DNA of 64,000 bases from Candidatus Eiseniibacteriota bacterium. GTDB taxonomy: Bacteria; Eisenbacteria; RBG-16-71-46. The stretch lies in NCBI GenBank assembly GCA_963776245.1, contig CAVZLN010000003.1, forward strand, positions 512,001 through 576,000, in the 5' to 3' direction. Below the pieces are notes generated by a model. That model was given only the letters and a program-made list of their open reading frames with translations, searched no databases and was not told the DNA's origin. Shown here piece after piece: positions 56,090 to 64,000 of the stretch. Within the stretch, counting starts at the first letter, position 1. Every line of letters begins with the position of its first letter. Made by a program: the position numbers and the translations under genes.

Positions 56090-56488
56090 ATGAGCGGCTC
56101 GGCGCCGGTCGAGCGCCGACGGGTCTCGTCGGGCTCGCCCTACGAGCCCGCCATCGGCTTCAGCCGCGCCCTGCGCGTGGGCGATCGCGTGCTGGTCGCC
56201 GGCACCGCGCCGGTGTGGCCCGATGGCTCGTGCGATCCCGACCCCGCCGCGCAGGCGCGGCGCTGTTGCGAGCTCATCGTCGCCGCCCTGCGCGAGGCCG
56301 GGGCCGGGCCCGAGCACGTGGTGCGCACCCGCATCTTCCTGACCGCGGCCGCCGACTGGGAGGCGGTGGGCCGGGTCCACGGCGCCTGCTTCGGGGCCGC
56401 GCGCCCGGCCGCCACCATGGTGGTGGTGGCGGGGCTCCTCGACCCGCGCTGGCGGGTGGAGATCGAGGCGGAGGCGGTGGTGGGCTGA
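56090..56488 (+). CDS. RidA/YjgF family protein
   Basis: SSGSPYEPAIGFSRA, VVRTRIF, RPAATMV, VEIEAEA. Confidence 0.9.
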   Translation: MSGSAPVERRRVSSGSPYEPAIGFSRALRVGDRVLVAGTAPVWPDGSCDPDPAAQARRCCELIVAALREAGAGPEHVVRTRIFLTAAADWEAVGRVHGACFGAARPAATMVVVAGLLDPRWRVEIEAEAVVG

Positions 56489-56588
56489 CCGGCGCCCGGT
56501 CCCGCGGGCCCCTCGCGCCCGCGGGCCCCCCGGTGCCGGGCGGCGTTTCGGGTATACTCCGTCGCGCGTTTCGGACCCGGAGACTCCC

Positions 56589-58307
56589 TTGCCACGCCGC
56601 TTCTACATCACCACCGCCATCGACTACGTCAACGGGCGCCCGCATCTCGGGCATGCCTACGAGAAGGTGCTCGCGGACGCCCTCGCGCGCTTCCACCGCC
56701 AGCGCGGCGACCTGACGTTCTTCCTCACCGGCACCGACGAGCACGGCCAGAAGGTGGCGCGCGCCGCGGAGGCCGAGGGCAAGACGCCGAAGGAGTTCGT
56801 GGACCGGTACTCCGAGACCTTCAAGGCGGCGTGGCGCGCGCTCGGCATCGGTTACGATCACTTCATCCGCACCACCGACAAGCGCCACGAGCTCGCGGTG
56901 CAGGAGCTGTTCCGCCGGCTCAACGCCGCGCGCAGCCCCAAGACCGGCGAGCCGGTGCTGTTCGAGCAGGACTACGAGGGGCTCTACTGCGAGGGCTGCG
57001 AGGCCTTCAAGCAGGAGAAGGACCTGGTGGACGGGCGCTGCGAGCTGCACCCGTCGATGGCGGTCAAGAAGATCAAGGAGACGAACTTCTACTTCCGCCT
57101 CTCGGAGTACGACGAGGCCCTGCTCCAGCACATGAAGGCGCACCCCGAGTTCGTGCAGCCCGACTACCGCTTCAACGAAGTGCTGAGCGTCATCAAGTCG
57201 GGCCTCGAGGACGTGAGCTTCTCGCGCCCCAACCTCGCGTGGGGCATCCCGCTGCCCGAGGAGATCGAGGGCGGCGAGGGGCACGTCGCCTACGTGTGGG
57301 GCGACGCGCTGCTCAATTACCTCTCGGCGCTGGGATGGCCGGAGCGCAAGTACTCGCTGTGGTGGCTGGCCAAGGCGGCCGAGGCGGGCGGCCCGGGGGC
57401 GGCGCGCCAGGACGAGTTCGCCGAGCTCGACGGCCAGGGGCGCCCCGGCGCGGCGTGGGCCGGGACCGGCCAGCCCCTGTTCACCAACGCGTTCCACCTC
57501 ATCGGCAAGGACATCAGCCGCTTCCACTGCATCCTGTGGCCGGCGATGCTGCTCGCCGCCGGCGTCCCGCTGCCGCGCCAGGTGTACGTGCACGGGTTCA
57601 TCAACCTGCGCGGCATGCGCATGTCGAAGACCGAGGGCAACGTGCTCGAGCCGGTCGCGCTGGTCGAGTCCTTCGGCGCCGACGCGCTGCGCTTCTATCT
57701 GCTCGACGCCATCCCCACCGGGCGTGACGGCGAGTTCTCGATCGAGCAGCTGGTGGAGCACTGCAACACGCACCTCGCGAACAAGTTCGGCAACCTCGCC
57801 AGCCGCACGGTGACGCTGGTGCACAAGTATTTCGACGGGCAGACGCCTACCGAGTGGGCCCCCGGGGCGTTCACCGACACCGCCGTGCGCGAGGCCTTCG
57901 AGGCCATGCAGAAGATCGCCGCCGAATCGGCCATCGAGGTCCCGCGCGCGTACGCCGAGGTGCGGCTGCACGACGCGCTCCACCACGCCTGGCAGCTGGT
58001 CGAGCGAGCCAACGAGTTCGTCGACCGCGCGGAGCCGTGGAAGACGGGCAAGGACCCCGCGCGCCGCGACGAGCTCGGCACCACGCTCGCGGCGCTGCTC
58101 GAGACGCTGCGCCTGATGGCGCTGTGGGCGTGGCCCGCGATCCCCGGGAAGTGCGAGGAGCTGTGGACCGTGCTCGGCCTGCCCGGCACGCCCGGCAGCC
58201 CCGGCGAGAGCGCGGTCCCGCGCTACGCCGCGAGCCCGGCGCGGCCGCTGCGGCCGCCCACCATCCTGTTCCCGCGCATCGAGCTCAAGGCCGACGCCGG
58301 CGCGTGA
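56589..58307 (+). CDS. metG: Methionine--tRNA ligase (short form, no C-terminal tRNA-binding domain)
   Basis: TTG start; YITTAIDYVNG.PHLGH, GTDEHGQK, CEGC..CELH knuckle, IGKDI.RFH, RMSKT. Confidence 0.95.
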   Translation: MPRRFYITTAIDYVNGRPHLGHAYEKVLADALARFHRQRGDLTFFLTGTDEHGQKVARAAEAEGKTPKEFVDRYSETFKAAWRALGIGYDHFIRTTDKRHELAVQELFRRLNAARSPKTGEPVLFEQDYEGLYCEGCEAFKQEKDLVDGRCELHPSMAVKKIKETNFYFRLSEYDEALLQHMKAHPEFVQPDYRFNEVLSVIKSGLEDVSFSRPNLAWGIPLPEEIEGGEGHVAYVWGDALLNYLSALGWPERKYSLWWLAKAAEAGGPGAARQDEFAELDGQGRPGAAWAGTGQPLFTNAFHLIGKDISRFHCILWPAMLLAAGVPLPRQVYVHGFINLRGMRMSKTEGNVLEPVALVESFGADALRFYLLDAIPTGRDGEFSIEQLVEHCNTHLANKFGNLASRTVTLVHKYFDGQTPTEWAPGAFTDTAVREAFEAMQKIAAESAIEVPRAYAEVRLHDALHHAWQLVERANEFVDRAEPWKTGKDPARRDELGTTLAALLETLRLMALWAWPAIPGKCEELWTVLGLPGTPGSPGESAVPRYAASPARPLRPPTILFPRIELKADAGA

Positions 58308-59119
58308 TCTCCACCGCGGGCATGATCGACACCCACTGTCACCTCGCCGACCGGCGGTTCGACAGGGACCGCGAGGAGGCGATCCAGCGCGCGCAGGCCG
58401 CCGGCGTCCGCGCGTTCGTCGAGATCGCCTACGCCCCCGGGATCGTGGAGCGGGCGCACGCGCTCGCGGCACGCCACCCGAACGTGTTCCTGTGCGTGGG
58501 CGTGCACCCGAGCGAGTCGGCCCGGGTGCCCGACGCCCACCTCGACACGCTCCGCGACCACGCCCGGCACCCGCGCGTGGTGGCGATCGGCGAGACCGGC
58601 CTCGACTTCCACCGCGACCACGCGTCGCGCGCGGACCAGGAGCGCTGGTTCCGCGCCCAACTCGCGCTCGCCGACGCGATGGGGCTGCCGGTCGTGATCC
58701 ACCAGCGCAGCGCGCTCGAGGACACCCTCGCCATCCTCGAGCAGGTGCGCCCGCAGGCGGGCGGCGTGCTCCACTGCTTCGACGACGGACCGGCCGCCGT
58801 CGAGCGCGCGCAGCGCCTCGGCTTCAAGCTCGGCCTCGGTGGCTGTCTGACCTACGCGCACGCAGCGCTCGACGAGGCGGTGGCCATGGCGCCGGCGGAC
58901 CTGCTGGTGCTCGAGACCGACTCGCCGTATCTCGAGCCGGAGCCGCGCTCGCTCCGCCGCAACGAGCCCGCGCTGCTCCCGCGCGTGGTGAGGCGCCTGT
59001 GCGAGATCCGGGGCTGGTCGGCCGCGGAGGCGGTCCGCATCACCACCGCCAACGCGCTCGACCTGTTCCGCCTGCCGCTCGGGCCCGGGCCGCTCGCGGC
59101 CCCGCTCGGCCCCGCGTAG
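58304..59119 (+). CDS. tatD: TatD-family hydrolase (alternative start 58322)
   Basis: DTHCH, GVHP, IGETGLDF, VIHQR, LHCF, ETDSPYL, RNEP. Confidence 0.93.
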   Translation: MISTAGMIDTHCHLADRRFDRDREEAIQRAQAAGVRAFVEIAYAPGIVERAHALAARHPNVFLCVGVHPSESARVPDAHLDTLRDHARHPRVVAIGETGLDFHRDHASRADQERWFRAQLALADAMGLPVVIHQRSALEDTLAILEQVRPQAGGVLHCFDDGPAAVERAQRLGFKLGLGGCLTYAHAALDEAVAMAPADLLVLETDSPYLEPEPRSLRRNEPALLPRVVRRLCEIRGWSAAEAVRITTANALDLFRLPLGPGPLAAPLGPA

Positions 59120-59187
59120 TCCCCCCGCACGCGGAGCGGCCGGCGCCGCTCAAGACCGCGTCGCGCCGGGCCGACAACCGGGGTGGA

Positions 59188-60252
59188 ATGCCGATCTCCC
59201 GGATCCTCGTGGCCGCGCTCGCCGTGACCGCCGTGCTGGCCGTGGTGTCGCTGCTCGCTCTCGTCGCGCGGGCGGCCCACCGGCGCGACCGCCGCGTGCG
59301 CCGGCTCGAAGCCCGGGCGTTCCGCGACGCGTGCGCGCGCTTCGCGCGGGACGGCCGCGATGCCGTCCCGCTCCGCCGCCTCGCCGCCGCGCTCGACGAG
59401 CGTGCGTTCTGGGGCGCCATCGAGCGCCTGTCCCTCGGGCTCGGCGCCCGCGGCCGCGCGACGCTCGGCGCCGCGCTCGAGCGCAGCCGGCACGTCGCCT
59501 CCGAGCGCCGCGCCCTGCGCGACGACTCCCCGTGGCGGGTCGAGGTCGCCGCCCGCCGGCTCGCGCTGCTGCCCGCCCGGATGCCGCGGCGCGCGCTGCG
59601 GCGCGCGCTGGCGGACGGCACCGGCCTCACCGCGTACGCGGCCGCCCGCGCGCTCGGCCGCGCCGGCGACCGCGCCGCGCTGCGCTGGGTGCTCCAGCAC
59701 CCGCGCCGCTTCGAGCGCCGAGGTCCGCGCGCCTGGACCGCCCTGCTCGCCGGGTTCGGCCGGCGCGCGCTCGCCGATCTCGCCGACGCGCTCGAGCGCT
59801 CGTCGCACGACGCCCCACTCGAACGCGCGCTGGTCGAGACGCTCGGCCTCGGCGCGTTCGGGCCCGCCGGCCCCGCCATCGCGCGCCGCCTCGGCCATCC
59901 CGACCCCGAGGTGCGCGTGGCCGCGGCGCGCGCGCTCGGACGGCTGCGCGCCACCTTTGCCGCCGACGCGCTGCTGGTCGCTCTCGAGGACGACACCTGG
60001 CCGGTGCGCGCGCAGGCCGCCTGGGCGCTCGGCCGCCTCGGCGACGAGCGCGCCGTGCTCCCGCTCGCGGCGCGGCTCTCGGACCGCGCGTGGTGGGTGC
60101 GCCGTCACGCCGCGTACGCGCTCGCGCTGCTCGGCCCGGACGGCCGCGTCGCGTTGCGCGGGGCCGTCGAGTCGTCCACCGACCGCTACGCCCGCGACAT
60201 CGCCGCCGAAGCGCTCGCGGGCGGGTTCCTGCGCGCGATGGGCGAGGACTGA
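59188..60252 (+). CDS. Membrane-anchored HEAT-repeat protein
   Basis: N-terminal TM; repeats PEVRVAAARALG, WPVRAQAAWALG, WWVRRHAAYAL. Confidence 0.8.
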   Translation: MPISRILVAALAVTAVLAVVSLLALVARAAHRRDRRVRRLEARAFRDACARFARDGRDAVPLRRLAAALDERAFWGAIERLSLGLGARGRATLGAALERSRHVASERRALRDDSPWRVEVAARRLALLPARMPRRALRRALADGTGLTAYAAARALGRAGDRAALRWVLQHPRRFERRGPRAWTALLAGFGRRALADLADALERSSHDAPLERALVETLGLGAFGPAGPAIARRLGHPDPEVRVAAARALGRLRATFAADALLVALEDDTWPVRAQAAWALGRLGDERAVLPLAARLSDRAWWVRRHAAYALALLGPDGRVALRGAVESSTDRYARDIAAEALAGGFLRAMGED

Positions 60253-60291
60253 GGCGACACCCTCGCGGCGATGGCGGCACGAAGCGGCCGA

Positions 60292-60372
60292 GGCGGGAGT
60301 GGCGGATACCGCGGAGGGGCGATTCCGGCGGAGCGGATTCATCGCCCCGCAGCGGTATCCGCCGCTCCCGCC
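60292..60372. repeat. Long imperfect intergenic palindrome
   Basis: GGCGGGAGTGGCGGATACCGC / GCGGTATCCGCCGCTCCCGCC (20 of 21 plus one T-G) enclosing GGGGCGAT / ATCGCCCC. Confidence 0.85.
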
Positions 60373-60501
60373 GCCCCCGCCGCATCGCGATCACTCCTAC
60401 ATCGTGCTCATATCCGCCGCGCCCGTCGCCCCCCCCGCACCTGAGCGTCAGTAGTCGAGGGCGCGTTTCGCGCGTCGCCGTGCGCGCCCTACACTGCGCG
60501 C

Positions 60502-61491
60502 ATGGCTCCCGACCCCCGCCGCCGACCCGCGCCGCGCCCGCGCGCCTCGCAGTACATCCGCGAGCGCGCCGGGCTCGAGGGCAGCGCCGCCACGCGCGTG
60601 AAGCGGGCGCTGGCCGAGCGCGGACTGTCCCCCCGCAAGCGCTTCGGACAGAACTTCCTCGTCCAGGACGAACTGTGCGAGCGCATCGTCCAGCACTGTC
60701 ACCTGCACGACGACGACATCGCGGTCGAGATCGGGCCGGGCGCCGGCGCCATCACGCTGCGCATCGCGCAGCGGGTGCGCCGGCTGATCGCGGTCGAGAA
60801 GGACGCCGGGCTCGCGGCGCTGCTGCGCGAGGAGCACGCCGAGCATCCGCGCCTCGAGATCGTGGAGGGCGACTTCCTCGAGTTCGACCTCGCCGCGCTC
60901 GCGGCGCGCGAGGGCGTGGACAAGCTGGTGGTGGTGGGCAATATCCCGTACAACGTGACCACCCCCATCCTCGAGCGCCTGTTCGACCAGCGGGCCGTGG
61001 TGCGCAGCGCCGTGCTGCTGGTGCAGAAGGAGTACGCCGAGCGCCTCGCCGCCGCCGCCGGGACCCCGGAGTACGGCTCGCTCACGCTGTTCGCCCGCTA
61101 TCACGCCCTGCTCGAGCCCCTGATGACCGTGCGCGCCTCCGCGTTCTGGCCGCGGCCGGCGGTGGACAGCATGCTGGTGCGGTTCTTCCTCCGCGAACAA
61201 CCGCCGGTCGACGCTCCCGAGGCGCTGCTGTTCCGTCTCATCCGCGGCTCGTTCCAGATGCGCCGCAAGATGCTCGCGAACACCGTCGAGGAGGCCCTCG
61301 GCGCTTCGCGCGAGCTGGTCGAGGGCCTCGGGCGCCAGGCCGGCATCGACATGCGGCGACGGGGCGAGACCCTGACGCTCGACGAGTTCGCACGCCTGGC
61401 GCGGGCCGCGGCCGCCCGCGGCGCGGGCCCCATGGCCGCGCCGGGGCCGCCGCTCGAGGCCCGGGGAGACGACGATGACCTCGCCCCCTGA
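60502..61491 (+). CDS. rsmA: 16S rRNA adenine dimethyltransferase
   Basis: KRFGQNFL, VEIGPGAG, VEKD, GNIPYNVT, QKE.AERL, RRKML.N. Confidence 0.95.
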   Translation: MAPDPRRRPAPRPRASQYIRERAGLEGSAATRVKRALAERGLSPRKRFGQNFLVQDELCERIVQHCHLHDDDIAVEIGPGAGAITLRIAQRVRRLIAVEKDAGLAALLREEHAEHPRLEIVEGDFLEFDLAALAAREGVDKLVVVGNIPYNVTTPILERLFDQRAVVRSAVLLVQKEYAERLAAAAGTPEYGSLTLFARYHALLEPLMTVRASAFWPRPAVDSMLVRFFLREQPPVDAPEALLFRLIRGSFQMRRKMLANTVEEALGASRELVEGLGRQAGIDMRRRGETLTLDEFARLARAAAARGAGPMAAPGPPLEARGDDDDLAP

Positions 61492-62443
61492 TCTGCACGT
61501 CGTGCTCGGCACCGGTCCGCTCGGTCGCGCGGTGGCGGAGGAGGCGCTGCGCCACGGGCTGCGCGTGCGCCTGGTGAGCCGCAGTGGCCGCATGGCAGCA
61601 CCCCCGGCGGGCGCCGACGTGCGCGCCGCGGACCTCACCGACGCGGCCGCCGGCGGAGCGGCCTGCGCGGGCGCCGCGGTGGTGTACCTGTGCGCGAACG
61701 TGCCGTACACCGACTGGATCGAGCGCTGGCCCCCGCTCGCGGAGGGCGTGCTCGCGGCGGCCACGGCGGCGGGCGCCCGGCTGGTGTATGGCGACAACCT
61801 CTACATGTACGGCCCGGTCGCGGGCCCGCTGCGCGAGGATCTGCCGTATGCCGCGACCGCGCGCAAGGGCCGGGTGCGCGCGGCCATCGCCGCGCGGCTC
61901 CTCGAGGCGCACCGCGCCGGCACCGTGCGCGTCGCCCTCGGGCGCGCCTCGGACTTCTACGGTCCGTGGGCCACCGAGGGCAGCGCGCTCGGCGTGCGCG
62001 TCATCCCGCAGGCGCTCGCCGGCCAGGCGGGCCAGGTGCTCGGGGACGTGGATCAGCCGCACACCTTCACGTTCATCCGGGACTACGCGCGGGGGCTGAT
62101 CACGCTCGGCCTGCGCGACGAGGCGCTGGGGCGCGCCTGGCACGTGCCGAGCGCGGCCACCACGACGCAGCGGGCGCTCCTGCAGCTGGTGTGGGAGGAG
62201 TGCGGCCAGACCGGCCCCGCGCGCTTCCGCGCGGCACCCGGCTGGATGGTGGGCGCGATGGGCTGGTTCATGCCCCTCATGCGCGAGCTGGCCGAGATGA
62301 TGTACGAGTGGGAGCGCCCCTACGTGGTGGACCACTCGGCGTACGCGAAGGTGTTCGGCGACGCCACCACGCCCCACCGCGAAGCGCTCGCGGAGACCGT
62401 GGCGTGGTTCAGGTCGCGGAGCGGGAGCCGCCCGGGCAGCTGA
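61475..62443 (+). CDS. NAD-dependent epimerase/dehydratase family (atypical SDR)
   Basis: VVLGTGPLG, DNLYMYG, KGRVR, RASDFYGP. Confidence 0.87.
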   Translation: MTSPPDLHVVLGTGPLGRAVAEEALRHGLRVRLVSRSGRMAAPPAGADVRAADLTDAAAGGAACAGAAVVYLCANVPYTDWIERWPPLAEGVLAAATAAGARLVYGDNLYMYGPVAGPLREDLPYAATARKGRVRAAIAARLLEAHRAGTVRVALGRASDFYGPWATEGSALGVRVIPQALAGQAGQVLGDVDQPHTFTFIRDYARGLITLGLRDEALGRAWHVPSAATTTQRALLQLVWEECGQTGPARFRAAPGWMVGAMGWFMPLMRELAEMMYEWERPYVVDHSAYAKVFGDATTPHREALAETVAWFRSRSGSRPGS

Positions 62444-62598
62444 ACGACCACCCGGATCCCCCGTCGCCGGGCGCGGGACCGCCGCCCCGCCCGCCCCGGA
62501 CGCGGTGGCAGGCCGCGGCGCCGTGGCGGCACCCCGTGCCCGCGGCCCGGCCGCTCGACCGGGCCGTCCGCCCTTGCGCGCGGGACCCGCGCCGCGCG

Positions 62599-63311
62599 TC
62601 AGCCCTGGGACTCGGCCGCCGGCTCCACGAACTTGTAGCCCACCTTGTGCACCGCGACGATGAACGGCGTCTCGAAGCCCGCGCCGAGCTTGCTGCGCAG
62701 GTTCGAGACGTGCGTGTCCACGGTGCGGGTCGTGACGCCGAGCTCCTCGTCGACGCCCCAGATCTCCTCGAGCAGCTCCTCGCGACTCACGGTGCGGCCG
62801 CGGTGCTCGATCAGGTACTTGAGCAGCTCGAACTCCTTGTACGAGAGCGCCACCTGCTTGCCGTCTTGTACACCTCGCGCGGCTCGAAGCGCACCTCGAC
62901 GTCGCCGAACTTGTAGATGGTCGGCCCGGGCGCCGGCGCGCCGCTGGGGCCGCGCTGGATCAGCCGCCGCACGCGCGCGATCAGCTCCTTGATGCCGAAC
63001 GGCTTGGTGACGTAGTCGTCCGCGCCGAGGTCGAAGCCCTTGAGCACGTCGGCTTCGAAGTTGCGCGCGGTCATCACCAGCACCGGGATGTCGCGGTGGC
63101 GCTGGCGCAGCTCCTTGAGCACCGTGAAGCCGTCCTTCTCCGGCAGCATGATGTCGAGGAGCACGCAGTCCGGCTTCTGCTTGAGGGCGAGCTTGAGGCC
63201 TTCCTGGCCGTTCTTCGCCGTCAGCACCTCGTAGCCCTCGAACCGGAAGTTATGGGCGAGCCCGTCGAGCAGCCCTTCCTCGTCTTCGACGATCAGCACC
63301 TTCTGACTCAT
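62599..63311 (-). CDS. OmpR/PhoB-family response regulator, frameshift near 62865
   Basis: LIVEDE, LDIMLP, GADDYVTKPF, then in another frame LSYKEFELL, SREELL, RTVDTHVSNLRSKL, VGYKF. Confidence 0.9.
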
Positions 63312-63335
63312 GGTCGTCCCTCTTCCCCTTGTCTC

Positions 63336-64000
63336 TCAGGTCCCGGTCTGGCGCCGGGGCTCCGGGTGCGCGAGCGCCGCATCCGCGGCGACCGGCAACA
63401 CCAGGGTGAACGTGCTGCCCTCGCCGGGCTCGCTCGCCAGTTCGACCCGCCCCGCGTGGGCGCGGACGATCTGATCCACCAGCGAGAGGCCCAGCCCGGC
63501 TCCCTTCACATCATGCACCAGTCCGGCCTCGACGCGGACGAACTTCTCGAACACCCGCTTCTGGTCCTCGGCGGCGATGCCGATGCCGCGGTCCGCCACG
63601 GACAGCCGCACGGTCGCGCCGTCCTGCGCCCCGCTGACGCGTATCTCCTTGTGGGCGCGCGAGTACTTGATGGCGTTGTCGAGCAGGTTGAGCAGGCAGT
63701 GCGACAGCGCGCGGGCGTCGCCGCTCGCCGCCGGCAGGTTCGCCGGCACGTCGACCTGGACCCGGAACCCGAGCTCGTCGAAGCGGGGCATCAGGCTCTC
63801 GACGGTCTCGTGCACCACGGCCGAGAGGTCCACCGGGCGGAGACGGAACGCGTGCTTGCCCGCCTCGAGGCGCGCGAAGTCGAGGATGTTGTCCACCAGC
63901 TGGGCGAGCCGCTGGGTCTCGCGCCGGATGCTGCGCAGGAACTTCGCGCTCTCCTCGGGATTCCGCACCCGCTGCATGTCGAGCGTCTCGGCCGCGAGCT
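63336..64000 (-). CDS. Sensor histidine kinase, C-terminal part (truncated by window end)
   Basis: NILDFARLE, NLLDNAIKYS, DRGIGI, FEKF, GAGLGL, GEGSTF. Confidence 0.92.
   Translation of the reverse strand, partial: LAAETLDMQRVRNPEESAKFLRSIRRETQRLAQLVDNILDFARLEAGKHAFRLRPVDLSAVVHETVESLMPRFDELGFRVQVDVPANLPAASGDARALSHCLLNLLDNAIKYSRAHKEIRVSGAQDGATVRLSVADRGIGIAAEDQKRVFEKFVRVEAGLVHDVKGAGLGLSLVDQIVRAHAGRVELASEPGEGSTFTLVLPVAADAALAHPEPRRQTGT

Overview
Very GC-rich bacterial chromosomal window. Secreted proteins with FlgD-like C-terminal domains, a PEP-CTERM protein and Rnf suggest an uncultured diderm such as Ca. Eisenbacteria (inference only). 1-10.4 kb is one co-oriented energy cluster: rnfC(partial)DGEAB, 2-oxoacid:ferredoxin oxidoreductase alpha/beta, a 13-heme c + cytochrome b fusion and a diheme cytochrome c; RnfA carries an unusual signal peptide plus Ig-like N-terminal domain. 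10.4-14.4 kb is a convergent sigma-54 module (Cys-rich PAS kinase, NtrC-type activator, pseudo-receiver behind a near-consensus -24/-12 promoter). Next come class II RNR, a Ca2+/H+ antiporter, an HD-GYP protein and a surface-protein block (EEP nuclease, mini PEP-CTERM, GT-C glycosyltransferase, LamG, S8 protease, BNR lipoprotein). At 30995-31178 are two head-to-head long hairpins with an identical 11-nt loop, a conserved G-T pair and compensatory stem changes; I cannot assign them to a known element. The rest is a moxR/DUF58/BatA operon, an OmpA-like protein, mfd-ppiC-(PDZ-LytS/LytTR)-surA-ftsEX-envC-holB-ricT-sod-ridA-metG-tatD-HEAT-rsmA and an OmpR-type two-component pair. At least six genes are split by frameshifts, probably long-read errors. 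No rRNA, tRNA, CRISPR, transposase or prophage was seen.
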